A stretch of 64,000 bases of DNA from Paragordius varius (GCA_964247055.1 OZ176056.1:5642001-5706000), one strand, 5' to 3'; positions 45,417-59,349 are shown, counted from the first letter of the stretch. Numbers and translations are program-made. The notes: generated by a model from the sequence alone, not told the origin.

Positions 45417-48400
45417 AAATCGAAATAAGGCGTGAGTTTTGGTAACTAACAGGCTATTTTCTAAAAAATGGAGCCGAATATAACTGTCATTTTTTCTATA
45501 TATAGTTAATACAAATAACTTTTTCAGTTTCCGGAGATACTCTTCAAATATCACAAGTCCCTAGTATCAACCACCTCTTAATCGTACTGGATACATAGAA
45601 AGGATTATAAAATATATATAGCCTCTATTTTTTCGGCAAAAATTAATTTTAGGCAAATATATATAAAAAGTAAAAATTATATTTTTTTTGTAATAATTAT
45701 ATTTTTTAATTTTTATATACCATATTATCATTGCGAATGAGAATGTAACCACAATTTAAATGTCTATTTGTTTCTGATTCTGAAAAATAAGAACCAAAAA
45801 TAGGTTTATCAATAGCAAAACAAAATATTTTTACTTTTTAATGATTAGTCATTGTAATATGCATTTCTTTTACATTAAACAGCAATGCAAATGTTTATAT
45901 GGATCTTTAAATAGGTAATATATAAAAAATATACAATTTAAGCAAGAAAAAAATTTAAAATAACATACTTATTTAGAAGTTTTATTTCTTTTTCACTTAT
46001 TACCAATTATTAAAATCACATTTAACGACATTATATGTCTGCAATAAAACTAAACCCTTTAAGAATGTGATTGCGAATAATGGATTGATAGTATTGATAG
46101 TGTTTGGTATTAATCATAGTTAAATCTAAATAGTGTTTTCTTACATATCATTTAATATAAGTTTAAATTTAATATCATTTTTGCTTATATCTTGACCAAC
46201 AATTTGGTTTAAAATTAGTTATTTTTTCGTTTGTATCATTTTACCCACAAATTTCACAATTACTAAAACCAAAACTTTTTATATTAATGCATATCAGGAT
46301 GGGAATAGTAATTATGAAAGTGCACTCCTTTACCGAGCCTGTGAATCGTTGTGTCTCGCAATGCAAGACATCGGAGTTGCTATTGATGGTGGAAAAGATT
46401 CACTTAGTATGGCTGTAAAAGCTACCTACCAGCAAACTAAGCAAGGGAAGCCTAACACCCCTCAACAAGGTTTAAATAAAATTCATTTTTATCTGTTTTA
46501 TTTGTATGATGTTTTATGTATTTCATTAAAATAATTTTAGCCAAGCCTTTTTCGTTAGTAAACTTACCTTGTTTTGGTGTTAGTACTATTTTGTTGATAA
46601 ACAATTTTGCATTTATTTGAAGTTTAAATTTGAAATGATTTATATTTTTTGTAGTTTTTGTGCGGTATGTGATAATGATTTTCTTTTCCATCATTTTTCA
46701 GTTTACCATTTACAATTCAAATTCACCCTAAAATGGGATAATATAACTCATCATTAATGAAATATATTTTTACGACATAGTTTATTATTTTTTCAGCAAA
46801 AATATATAATGAAGGTAATTTTTAATCTTAATAAACACAACCTATTTTAGAATTATTTTGGATTGTTCGAGGGTGATTGAATTGTTTTTGCCAATTTAAA
46901 TATCTTATTCTAAATAATTTTTTCTTATATATATATAAAATCATATCTTTGTGCAAAACCTGAGATACATCTTAATTCTTTAATTTAAACATGTTGTTTT
47001 ATAAAACTTATACAGCGCTTTTAATAAATTACTTTGGATTATAAAATTTTTCGTAAGTAACATTTCTCCACATATATTTTGGCAAAATAATTATATCATT
47101 ATCCCACAAAAGTAAAGTTAGGCCCTTACAGTTTTTTTATGTACAGTTAAAGGTTGTTGTTTTATTATTTATATTTTTTAATTTAGCATAAAAATAATTA
47201 AAATTCAAAAATTAAGTTGTCCTTGTCTTTATATCTTTGTGTATATTTTATTAAATTAATTAGCTATCACAACTGAGTACTGTATATTATTAGCAAAAAG
47301 TATCAGAGTTAATGGTTTAAAATCAAAAAAACCTATATTTTTTAAAAGAATTTGTTTTTTGTTTTAGAAAAGAATTGTTCGACAATAGTAAAGTCACCCG
47401 GCTCTGTCGTAATCTCTATGTATGCCCCTGTTCCAGATATTTCCTATCAAATAACGCCCGGTTTAAAACCTCTTTCATACCTAAATAAAAATGGTATATT
47501 TTATATTTTATTTGTTCTAGCTTTTATATATTTAAATGAAATTTAAACTACTATCGTGTAAATCAGGGATATCCAAAACAAATGGCTTCGGGCCTGCCGA
47601 ATTTTATGCAGATGTGGGCAATAATTTATAATATTATTATGATTTTAACCTGACACTGTAAAATGCAACCCAATATAACAATTTTTTTACTTGTTATAAA
47701 TTATATCGATTTATTTAGAAATTTTGTTTAAGAAATATCAATTTTAAGTTTTTGCGAGCATATTTTTGCAAATTATGGACTTCCAAATTTTTTGCACGCC
47801 GCACATAACGTCTTGAATGGAAATCCCTGGTCAAAAATCAATATTGTATAAAATATTATGAATTATAATATATTACACTAAAAGTTTTTGAAAAGAAGAA
47901 AAAAGTTTTTACTTAAATTATTATCTAAGTACATGTTAATAACCATTTAATTTAAATTCGTTCGATATTCATTCCAATTTAATTCTGCTCGAACTTTTTT
48001 AATAAGAATCAAAAATTAATTTATTTTTTTAGAAAAATTGAGTTCTTACATTACATTTTTGAATTTTTAGCTCTCTCCGTTTTTACAAAAATAAATATAT
48101 ATATTATGGTTAATTATACCATATAAACTTCATATTCACCCTAAAATAAATTATGTATTAATGAGTTATATTAGCATGAAAACACTAATTTATTATTAGG
48201 GTGAATTAAAATTGTTCAAGGGTGTATGAATTGTAAATGGTATATTTAAAACTTAAATGTGTTAATAATTTTTGTTTAATTTTCATATGGTAACCCGAAA
48301 AAATTTGGACGTTGCATAAGAAAACTAAACTTTAAAACTATGATAGATTTATAACTTATAGAAAATGCAAAAATTCATATGAGCTTTTTAAATGCAAAAA

Positions 48401-51400
48401 ATTCAACCAATAATACTTTGTCAGGACGTATTAAACCAGTTTTGTGTAATGGAAAACTAAAGTTTATAATTAGTGAAAAAGTAACAATGTTATTTAATCC
48501 ATATATTTTTCCATTTGCTCCATTGAACGGATCAAAAACATATAAATTGTTAATCTGTAATAACTAAGGGTTTTTCGACACTAGCTAAAAAAATCATTTT
48601 TAAACATATTATAATTGACATTTTGAAATATTTTTATTTTGAAGATTTTTATATTGTTTTATTATATATCTTCTTTTAATGTAAAATTAAATGTTTTTAC
48701 GAAATTTTCTATAAAAACAACTGTCGCTTAATATCGGTTAATTAAGATTTGTAACACGACCTCTATATTTTATCGATTCTGATAATTGGAGAGTTTTTTT
48801 ATCCAAAAATTTTAATTGGAAAAACTTTAATATTTGGTAAACTTATATATATATGATTTATTTTATATAATTTTATTCCCTCAATATAAACCATTAATTA
48901 TATGTTATGTAGATTATATAGTTTGGATACCTTTTAATCAACCACGCAAGAATGGGATAACTCCCAAAATTTTAACTCGATTAGGCGGAAGCGCATTTTA
49001 TCAATCTTACGGGTTGGCCTTTAATGCTAAATCCAAAACTTATTTAGAACACAATTTGAAGCACACCGTTGAGCTTAGTGGTTAGTGTTTTATTTTACAT
49101 GCTTTTTTCAATATTCTTTAATTGAAATATTTTATTATCCGTACTTTTGTTTTTTTTCATCAGAATATCTGGAATGCCCTGATATGGAATATCCTAAAGA
49201 TTTTGCCGCCATTTTCAATCGTGTTCAAGATGTATTGAAAGGTTTTTTTTCTACACACACATTCTATGAAGAAAAAAATTTTTTTTTTGTTTGAAAAAGT
49301 AAATATGCCCTTTTGCGTAGCATCATAAAGGCTTAAAGCTACGAATAAAAAATTACCCTCCCTTATATTATTTTAATATAAGTGGTACTTACGAAAAAGA
49401 TTATCTTGTCTCAAGGGCTATGCCTACATTAATAAATCAATCAAAAATCCATAAATATTAAGGCGATAAAAAATCGTTATTAAATTTGCGGTTTGAATAT
49501 CACTCATTTGAATTATGTTTTTTAAAACCGAATACAAATCTTTTTTTTTCCTACAATAGAACACCCAAATCTTATCAGAGCCTCACATGATATCAGTGAT
49601 GGTGGTTTAATTGGCGCATTGTTGGAAATGGTTTTTGGTGCGGAACATTGTTTAAATCAGGTTGAAATCACTATTCCTTTGCAGAATGCCACGACATACG
49701 GTAAAAATAATAAAAAAAAATTTTTTTAGAACTTCTCACTAATAAAGATGAATGCATATAATGTGATCCTTTATATAAACTGAAACTTTTCCCCTTAAAA
49801 TGAATTTTTAAAGGAATTATTTCATTGCCTCTTTATCATTATACCTTTTTCCGATCATAAAATAAACCTCTGTTTTTAAGATTTATATTCTTTTTAAGTT
49901 TAGTTAATTTTCGCACAAATGTATGAGTTTTAAAAACAAAAAATCATAGAAAAATATATCCCCTTAGGGCTCTTAGTTAAAACTATTTAAATATAAACTA
50001 TATTGAGGCTAGCTACTGTATTTATACGTTAAGGCATTTCAAAACATACTAAAAAATAAAAAAAAACGTATAAATTTTGATTACGTCCATATAATTTTGA
50101 GAAAACTTTGATGCATATAACAATTATCAATTAGATTCAATCATATCCTTTTTGTTTGCCGAGGAGCTGGGATTACTTGTACAAATTAGAGAATTGGATT
50201 TTCCCCTTTTAACCCAATATTTTGAACCTGATTACCAAATTTTTCGGATTGCTGAGTTACATTATTATAGTTTGACTGATATAAAAACTTGTTATGACCA
50301 CAGTTTGGGAATTAGAAAAATATTCGCACCAAACCATTGGGAAGTGTTAAAGCAACGCCTTTTAAGCCCCCAAAGTAGCAATGATACAAACTATGCCAAT
50401 ATTAACTTGGGTTCAAAAGTTAGTTTGTATTTTATTACTTTTTATATTGTTTAGAGATAAAAATAAAATGTAAATCATTAATTTAATTAAAAACCCATTT
50501 TTTGTTTGAAAAAATTAATCTGAGCTAATTATATAAAGATTCTTAATTTTAAATTAATCCTTTTAAAATTTATTCTATAATGATATTTAAATGTTTTATT
50601 ATAATAATTTTATTTATTTTAAAGATATCTATCACTATTCCATGTGAATTAAATGATGAAAATATTTTTGGACCTTTGCCAGAGGAATTAAGGCATTTCA
50701 CAATTTATGAACAATTTGTTACCGAATTGTTATGTGTGTGGGAAGCTACTTCTTATCAATTGGAGCGAATCCAAATCCCAGGTTTAATTGCTGAAAAAAA
50801 ATTAATATCTCTATTTTTATATCTTTTTTACCATTTTTATTTTTTTTATTAATTTTCCCCAATTTCGGCAATGAACTAACAGGATTCATTCAAATATAGT
50901 TTTACACTCCTATGTTTAAAATCTAATAAAATATTTTTTGTTACCCATATATATTGCCAATGCACACCCGTCAGATTTTTCGATTCATAGTGACACTCCT
51001 GATAAAAATTTGAATTGTTTAAAGAGCCAAGTTTTGTTTAAATTATGGAAAGAAAAATATTTTTGTTGTACAAAAATTGTGATAATTTTATTCTAATTGC
51101 CTAGTATTCCAATTATTTTCAATATATATTTTTTAACGGAGCCAATTGGATGGTTGACCTAAATTTTCTTAAGGTTTTTAGTTATAGATTTGTTGTAAGC
51201 ATGTCTGCATTTAGAGGCGGTCAATCCGTTATCATACATTTTGAATGGTAAAAAAACTTAGCGCAGTTTTATAATATTACCACTATATGTGTATAGTTAA
51301 AATAATTTATTTAAAATGCGTGACAATATAAATTTTCCATAAATTTATATATTTGATTTATAGGGGGAACAGAGTTTGCCAAAAAAGAATTTCAATATAA

Positions 51401-54400
51401 TTTACTACATTTTTTGTATCGTCAAACCTTGTCGGCGCGACACTCAAATGATAATAGATACTGTTGTGGGAAAAAAACGCGAGATCTCAGAAATAATATC
51501 GATTATCATTCCAGCGTCAATTTGAAAGCTCTAAATCAACATATCCTTAATTATCGAATATTAGGGCAGAAAACACCACCTATTAATCTTAATTTGACAG
51601 GTTTAAAGATTAGTTTTTGTTTCTCAAAACCCAAATATTTATATGATAAACAGATCATTCTTACCATATATATCTTTTCCAATCAAATAAGCAATCATTA
51701 GAAAATGCATATTTAATCAAACGAAATTATTTTAGTCAATCGAAACATTTTCCCATTCAAATTTAAACATTTACATATCAAAACAAAATGTAATATAAAA
51801 ATTACTTGTAATTATTATTCGGGATACCTTAATCTTATCAAATCATATTATTTTTAAGTGAATCCATTTACACCCGTAATTAAATCTTAAACATTTCATA
51901 ATCAACATGCCAATTTTCCATAAAACTTTCAATATGCTCTAAAAATAATTTCGGTTATGATTATTTATATCTTGGCCTAGTTTATATTTTTTAAAATATC
52001 ATAAAATTGATTGGCTAAAATGCTTTTTTGACCGGAAAATGATATATTTTTTACAATCTTGTAACGTTTTCTCATTTATATGTAGGTCATTAGTTAGTTA
52101 TTGTTGAAAAAAATATATCTTCTGGGAAAAATTTGTAAATTTTTTTATATTTCAAAAAAGATATTATGTTATTGGAATACACCTGTGAATTCAATCCGTA
52201 AAAATTATTCTATTTTTACAGCAATCGATTTTTTATTTGATTTCTAGTTATTCGCGTGGCCCTTATACGTGAAGAAGGAACCAATGGTGATAAAGAGTTG
52301 GCATCAGCCCTTTATTTGGCAGGTTTTGAGGTTTGGGATTTCACAATGACAGATCTTTTAACGGGGTTTGTTTTACCTTAAATTAAAAAATGTAAAATTA
52401 TAAAGGAGATAAAACAAAAAAGCTAAAACTTTTTTAACCGCTAGATTTTTTCCAATTTTTTAAAATTGTACTAAACAATATATATTTTTAGTGAGTCTGT
52501 TAATTTACATCTCTATCCTTCGTTTGAATATTGCAAACAATAGATTAAATACTAAGGTTTAAAAATATATATTGTTTTTTTGATTAAATTTTCTGATTTT
52601 TAGTTTAAAGTACTCTTTTTCGTCAATTATTGATGTATTTACTAATTCTATATTCAAATTTTTTTTGTATCTGTTTTATACTGATTTAATTGATAATTGC
52701 AGTTATTTACCATTTAACATTGTAGATTGTTACCAAATAAAACAAAATGCAACTCATTATAACTTGCGTTTATTAAATATTTTTTGTTGATTTAACATTA
52801 ATAAAATTAATATTTATATTTTTGATTTGAAATTTTTACCGTTAAATTCAAAAAAACAGTCATGTATGCATTTTTTTATAATAAAAAACTTTTTACCTTT
52901 TTATTTATTAAATCCAAAACAGAAATTTCAAACTAAATCCCAATGAGTTTCGTGGACTTGTCTTCCCTGGTGGTTTTAGTTATGGTGATGTGTTAGGATC
53001 TGCCAAAGGTAATCGCATATTATCAATGAGACACGCACACTTTTTTATGCATAAACCACATTTTTTTATCCTTGATTTTCATAGTTTACAAATGTGATAA
53101 AATGAATAAGTTAGTATATAATATAACATCTTTATATTTTTGGTATAGTAACCTACAAATTTTATTTTTGGAATCAAAATATGGTTTTTTTTACAAAAAA
53201 AAGTATTTTCGTCCCATTAAGTAAAAATTTAAATTATATGGATAAAACGAAAAAAATATAACGACAAATATTTTTTTTAAAGATAACCATACTCTTTAAA
53301 TTTTTATTTCTTTAAACGCAAAGTATAAAATAGAGATGTTCGGTAACACAATCAATTATGTAGTATTTTACGATTGTATTTAAATAATTTATATAGTATT
53401 TAAGGTTAAAAAAAGTATGATAACAAGTAAAAATTTAAATTAATCGGACAAGGCGTAAAAATATACCGACAGATATTTTTTTAAAAAGGTAACCAAACTT
53501 TTTAAATTTTTATTTCTTTAAAAATAACTGATCGTTTTCATCTGCAAAAAGCATAATTAATTATGTATTTACGATTGTATTTAAATAATTTTTATAGCAT
53601 AAATTAACAAAAGTATGGTTATTGAAAAAAATTGTCTTTACATTTGTACGTTTTGTCCGAATAATTTCAATTTTTACTTTTTTATATTTTGGTTTTAATA
53701 TAATTTTACTGTTAAAAAAATTAGTTGTGATGTATAAATGAATAATTTAAATAAATCACCAAAGGTTGGTCAGCTACCATTGAACACAACCCTGAGATAA
53801 GAAAACAATTTTGGACATTTTTCCGGACAAAATCAACTTTTAGTCTTGGGATTTGCAATGGGTGTCAATTGTTGGCTCGTTTAGGATGGCTTAATAGCAA
53901 CGATAATGAATGCAATGACCTATTATCTCCCAAATTAGAATATGGTTATAATTTATAAACATAGAGCTATTAAATATTTATATTTAGTTAATCACGTTTA
54001 TAAAAAAAAGATTGAAGTGGGGGACTCTTTTACAAATAATGATATCCTACACCTTTAAATATCTCATTTTGAATTATAACTTATTCAGGTGAATTTAAAG
54101 TGAAAGATGCGACCAATAATAATTGCAAAATAAAGCCAAAACTATTAATTTGACGATCTTGTCCAATCTATAAAGATCCGCCGTGACAATTTAAAATATG
54201 GATTGTATTAGAAACTATTATGGTTTTTGTCAATTATTTATTCGGTATTAGGTGCTAATTAACAAAATGCATTTAGATTTTGTAAATTCGGTTTTTTGAA
54301 TTATTTTATCGCAAAAAATGGTTTCGATTGCATTGTTTATATATGATTAATTTTAAAGTTGATATAGCATAAAAGATATTTTTTCAGATATTCTGCCTAA

Positions 54401-55510
54401 ACACAACATATTATATGAACATTTGATTTAAAAGTGAAAATAAATTTGCATATTTTAAGTTCCCTTTTTTCATATTTTAAGCACTTTTTAAAATGCTATA
54501 TTTCCGAATTTTAATTGTAAAAATCAATTTAAGATGTAGTAGATTTTTTATCAATCATGATAAATTAATAATTTGATTCTCATATAATTTATCTAATTGT
54601 ATATCCTAAATTTTCGATACATGGTAGTATCTTTTAAATGGATTAAAAAACACAAGAAAATAATGATGATAATGTATTGAAAATTTTGGATATAGTTCAA
54701 TTTAATAAATTAAAGTTATTATTTTAACAAAAAATAATGATAATTTTGGTTTTTTTGTATACTTTGCGTATTAATTTAAAATAAGTCTTTAAAATTAAAA
54801 ATAAAATTCATATATAGCTTGCCAGATTTCTTCATGAAAAGGAAATTAAAAATTTTTTAAAAATACATGTAAATTTTCCACTTTTTTTGAAATACAAAGA
54901 TGATTTATTAAATTTTATGAGCTAACTAATTGATGATTTGAAAAATTAATTATTTATATTTAATATAATTAATTTTTAGGCTTTTATATAAGAGTTATTG
55001 CTTTTAATTTTATGGCCACAAAATATTCGTTCATTATAGATGTCACACTTGAACACAATGATTCTGGGCGATTTGAAAGTCGATGGGTTACACTTTCTAT
55101 ACCACCCAAAAAACAGGAAAACTCAAATGAATCCAATATATTTACACGAGGAATGGAAGGATCTATTTTAGGATGCTGGGTCGCACACGGCGAAGGTATA
55201 AATTAAAAAGAAATTCTACTATTTTCATATTTGCCACATTTGACAATTTAGAGGCTTCTTAGGATCAATCGTTTTGCATTTTTTATTGTAATATATCTTT
55301 GTTTGAATTATCCAGTATAAAATATAATTAAATTTATATTGATTACTTAAATATATGTATATATATATATATATAAAGTAAGATAATGGTATAAAACTTT
55401 AATTTATTATTAAAAATATTTAAATCTCATAAATTGCATTATCTATGGGTGAATTGTGATCAAAATATAAAGGTTTTGAATTTATGTTAATAATTTATTA
55501 AAATCAACTT

Positions 55511-55541
<31 letters not shown>

Positions 55542-56671
55542 TATCATATTATGATTACTCCATTTATAAGCAGTTGAGTCATTATTTATGACGGTCATTA
55601 AATTTTATAAGTTTTATAATTGTACTGATTATTATATTACAAATTCCATAAAAACGAAACATTATCATATAGTTTTTAGGTACAAATTTGTTTAGTATTT
55701 GATTTAACATGTAATAGGGAAATTTGAAATTAAACTACGAAATCAAAACTCACAAGAAATTCCAAATTTATTGAGGGAACTCGTAAATCTACGGAGTCCT
55801 ATCCGTTACGTAGATTTTAGGCATCAAGAAACCGTTGCTTATCCAGCAAATCCAAATGGTATGACTCCCCCCCATTAACATTCGTTTTGTTTTATGATTT
55901 TGATTCGGTATTTAAAGACGTTTTTAAAAATGTTATATTTATTAAACTCCCTCTATAATTGATTTCTAATTAATATTAAGCAATCCCTATAAACTAATTT
56001 TCTGAACTTTTCCGATTATATAAAGCCCTATGTTTAAATTTTAAACGTTTAAAGTTGAAATCAAGAGATAAAATGAATAAGCCTTAAAAATGACTTACTT
56101 TTTTAAACATGTTTATGTTACGTATCATTTCGGGTGGTTGCAAAATAAAAATTAATATTAAATTGGTAACAGACTTAATTATATATATTTCAATTGTTCT
56201 TTAAAGTTAAAATTATATTTAATAATATCTTGAAAAAATATGTTGTCTTTATAAAAGAAAAATATGGTCACACTTTACTTTTTACCTTTCATCTTTTTAA
56301 TTTCACTAATTTATGGAAATTTTTTTTATTGAAAAAGGCATGAAACGGATAACACATCTATTATATTTTTTCCAATTGTTATCTATGTTAAGTTAAAATT
56401 TATCAAAATTAAAAAGTTTCTATCAAGCTTATGAAAAATTTCACGTAACCTTTTATTTTTAGGTTCATTATATGGTGTTGCCGCTATGTGTTCACCGTGT
56501 GGACGTCACATGGGTATTATGCCGCATCCTGAACGAAGCGTTATGTTTTGGCAATGGCCTTACTTACCCTCCAAGTTTGAGGCTTGGACAAAAGCAAATG
56601 CCATTTATATGTCTCCTTGGATGAAATTATTTACCAATGCTTATGATTGGTGTCGAAATATCAATGAATGA
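27940..56671 (+). CDS. PFAS: Phosphoribosylformylglycinamidine synthase (FGAM synthase, large PurL type), 33 exons
   Basis: Exons (all GT-AG, cumulative phases checked): 27940-28013, 28037-28114, 28138-28262, 28288-28395, 28456-28539, 31067-31175, 31513-31653, 32459-32625, 33321-33449, 38145-38495, 38830-38922, 39462-39528, 39961-40205, 40999-41160, 41519-41718, 42120-42416, 42806-42932, 44335-44433, 45252-45352, 46298-46469, 47368-47493, 48913-49080, 49164-49241, 49560-49700, 50135-50418, 50625-50781, 51364-51600, 52248-52365, 52923-53008, 53765-53944, 55040 (or 54980)-55195, 55718-55858, 56463-56671 (TGA). Motifs: [124 protein letters not shown] (glutaminase Cys), VAHGEG, MPHPER. Start codon tentative. 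Confidence 0.95.
28690..29040 (+). mobile_element. 3' end of an L2/CR1-like LINE in PFAS intron 5
   Basis: Reads KLKRFF...[13 protein letters not shown] (L2/CR1 C-terminal motif), then a GC-rich hairpin (GACT..CCACCTGGAGGTGG..AGTC) and an A-rich tail. Confidence 0.5.
29040..30325 (+). mobile_element. 5'-truncated, decayed RTE-like LINE in PFAS intron 5
   Basis: [24 protein letters not shown] (~29755), and a C-terminal region like that of the RTE at 57044-62131; ends CATCATCATC. Confidence 0.75.
30799..31052. mobile_element. TA-flanked MITE with subterminal CAATTCAAATTCACCCT repeats, copy 1
   Basis: TIR consensus TACCATTTACAATTCAAATTCACCCT / AGGGTGAATTTGAATTGTAAATGGTA, with tandem 19-20 nt subrepeats; four copies in PFAS introns. 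Confidence 0.75.
31691..31862. mobile_element. ~170-bp foldback MITE
   Basis: Inverted arms ATGGTTGGTTATTTCACACT..AGGGCAATT / AATTGCCCT..AGTGTGAAATAAGCAACCAT. Confidence 0.65.
34573..37736 (+). mobile_element. CMC superfamily (Chapaev3-like) DNA transposon relic with ~480-bp TIRs, in PFAS intron 9
   Basis: Termini CACAGTGCGCA / TGCGCACAGTG with TTA on both sides. The right arm (~37250-37736) matches the left arm, which is split into 34573-34905 and 36006-36135. Central relic peptides [15 protein letters not shown]..(W)TP and [12 protein letters not shown] resemble the FCYICG..YF..L..WAP and SDEQGERFHQ motifs recalled for this family; family assignment is from memory. Confidence 0.75.
34906..36005. 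mobile_element. Non-autonomous CAC..GTG element nested in the left TIR of the previous element
   Basis: Starts CACTTGGCAA and ends TTGTCCAGTG, with TTA TSD on both sides; removing it restores the outer TIR. Confidence 0.7.
40701..40974. mobile_element. TA-flanked MITE (AGGGTGAATTT family), copy 2
   Basis: Same TIR and subrepeats as 30799-31052. Confidence 0.75.
44439..44478. repeat. (TA)n microsatellite
   Basis: About 20 TA units just after a PFAS donor site; similar shorter tracts at ~9405, 17943, 31985, 45385, 55519. Confidence 0.9.
46704..46882. mobile_element. TA-flanked MITE (AGGGTGAATTT family), copy 3, right end decayed
   Basis: Left end TACCATTTACAATTCAAATTCACCCT intact. Confidence 0.6.
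48117..48242. mobile_element. TA-flanked MITE (AGGGTGAATTT family), copy 4
   Basis: TACCAT...TTCACCCT / AGGGTG...TGTAAATGGTA. Confidence 0.7.
53220..53680. repeat. Intronic repeat with ~205-bp tandem units and an inverted terminal unit
   Basis: Unit AAATTTAAATTA..CGGACAA..GACA(A/G)ATATTTTT..TAACCA..CTTT occurs twice, then inverted (TTTTGTCCG); related sequence at ~43330-43870. Confidence 0.5.
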
Positions 56672-56756
56672 ATCACGATAACGGTGCTGATTATTAAAAT
56701 CTGCCTAACGTTTGCTCAATTTATTGTATATATGGATCATATATGGTTATGCATAT

Positions 56757-56766
56757 AATAAATAAA
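56757..56766 (+). promoter_or_regulatory. Candidate PFAS polyadenylation signal
   Basis: Overlapping AATAAA hexamers ~90 nt after the stop; weak evidence in such AT-rich DNA. Confidence 0.35.
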
Positions 56767-59349
56767 TGTTTATATTGTTGTTTTATGGTATATACGCCGA
56801 AATATGAATCCATTATTCTATTTTTATTTGAACTTTCGAGTAATAGGCAATGACACACATTTATATTCAAAAATATATCACATTTTTGGGTAAATCCTAG
56901 CTTGGTCTCAACATGGTTTCCCCAAAAAAACTCAAATCCTGCTTAAAGGGTTAAAAGTTTTATCTAATTTTTAGTTTGTTGCCACGAATAAGGTTCTCTA
57001 TCATCCATCTAAATAGGTTTTTTTATGAGTTTATTTGCAGAATACTTGATATTTGATGGCTTTTGATTTCATGTTTGAAGGTTACCATTTACAGTCTTAT
57101 TCCAAAGGTCCTTATCTAGACATTTGGTAATGTCTAGGTTTAGTATTTTTATGTCATTTTTAATGTTGTCGCTCCAGGAATGTGTTGGGCGCCCTTTGCC
57201 GTTTTTTCCAAAGGGTTGTATGTGCTTAATGGTTTGGAGTGGATAGTCGGTTTGTCTTCTTTCAATGTGACCCAAGTATTTAAGCCTGCTTCTTTGTATA
57301 AACTTTTCAACTGTGTCATTTTTGTTTTTAAGATGAATATTGTAGTCAGAACAGCAAGCTTTAAGTATTATTTTGTTTTCCGTATTTATCCTTTTGTTAA
57401 CATTTGTTTTATTTAGGGGCCATGTTTCGGTGGCGTAAGTAAGAGCTGGCTTGACTCTGCTTTGTATATTAGCCATTTATTATTGTTAGATACATTTTTA
57501 TTTTTAAGGATAAATTTTAGAGAGTTAACTTTACCCCATGCTTGTTGAATTCGTTTCCTTATGGCTCCAGTTATATGTCCTTTAGAGTCTATGACGTCTC
57601 CTAGATATGCAAACTGGTCTACTTTTTTATTGAGTTTTCGTCGATTGTCACATATGTCGAGCGTGTTTGAGTTGGATTATTGTTTTTGCAGTTGTTACAT
57701 TTAAAGTTTATTTGTTCACGTTTGGTTTGCCGGTGATTTTAGAGCATTTTTGTGAACCCAGAATTTGCATTTGTTGCATTTTATTGAATTTGTTTTGACT
57801 TCCTTGTCGCAGATAGCGCATGGATATTTCCTGATATCATTATTTTTGTTTTATTAATATTTATTTTCAGCCCATGGTTCTCTAGGCAGATTTTCCATGT
57901 TCTAAATTTGTTTGACATATTTTCAATTGAAATATCTGTTAGAACAATGTCACGCGAAGATTAACGCTCAGGGTGGTTTGGTAGATATTTTTGTAATACA
58001 GTTTAATATTATAATGAATAGTAATGGACTAAGTACAAACCCTTGGTGTAAGCTAATGTTTGTCTTGAAAGGTACCTTGTCTCCTATTTGCGTGCGTACC
58101 ATTGTAGTTGTATTTTCATAAAGAAGTAATATTATTTCTATTAAATATTCTTCGATATAATTTTGTCTTAGGGCCCATTTGATTGTTGCTCTAGTTATCA
58201 AAAGCTTTCTCCAAGTCTAGAAAGATGTGGAAAAGTTTTTGATTTTTTGAAAGGTATTTTTCCTGTAGTTGCCTGATAATGAAAATGGTATCTGTAGTGC
58301 TGTGTTCTTTACGAAATGCAAACTGATCATTTGTTATTGTAATGGTTTGTCTAAGGCTATTGTCAATGATGCTTTCAAATATTTTGTGTGTTCTAGAAGT
58401 TTTAAGGGGCGGTATGAGGAGCAGACGAGACGATCCCCCTTATTTTTATATATAGGGATCGTTATACGTTTACTCCAGTCATGGGGAATTTCACGTTTGG
58501 TAAAATTAAAAAAAATTGTAAGGGATGTTAAGCATGGTATTGGTTTAAGCAGATCAATTGATAGTTCGCTTGCAACTGACGACTTGTTTGGCTTCATTTT
58601 TTGCATTGCTTTTAATACTTCGTTTTCTGTGATTTCTTGGATGGGTGCGCTTGTGGGTGGTTTTAGTGTTAGAGGGATTTTTAAATTGTTGGTTTGGTTC
58701 TATGATTCTTCCAACTTTCTTTTCATATCTTAATTACACTTTCTGGGTTAGAGATTATCTCATTCATATTGCTTTTGATACATTTAGTTTAAATGATATC
58801 TTGTTTGTTTGAGTTTATATTCTTTATATTTTAAAGATTTTTTTATTTTTAACCTGGTCTTTTAGTTTAATGGCCAGTTTTAGGCAATTTTCATTTTTAG
58901 TATTTCTAATTTCTTTCTGCGCTTTGTGTTTTGCTATCAGATATGTTTATCTGTTTTTATCATTGCTATCCCTTTTCCATGCTTTGAAGGCGTCGTTTTT
59001 TTCTTTAGTAACCTCTTTTAATTTCTTTTTCCACCACCAATTTTTTGTTTTTTTATTGTATGGTTTGCATCTCCCACAAATATTATCTGCTGTTTTAACT
59101 ATTGTTTTTAGGTTATCCCATCTTGAACCAATAGATTCACTGTTTTGCTGGAGCTTTTCGGATGCCTGGTTGATGTATTTGTTCCTGATTGTTTGATTTT
59201 GTAGTTTATTGTGGTTGATTTTGGCAGGTCTTTGGTATAAGGGTTTATTTTTTAGTTTTTTCAAGACTGCAATCACTATTTTGTGTTGTGTGAAGCTTGT
59301 TTGGTGAGTTTTAATTTGGGGCCGTTTTGTTTTAGGCAAAAGGATGCAA

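Noticed and set aside
52703-52767. Possible extra PFAS exon (AG...GT-bounded open segment)
   Set aside because: Exon 52248-52365 (phase 2) joins 52923 directly in frame, so the segment is not needed and has no PFAS similarity.
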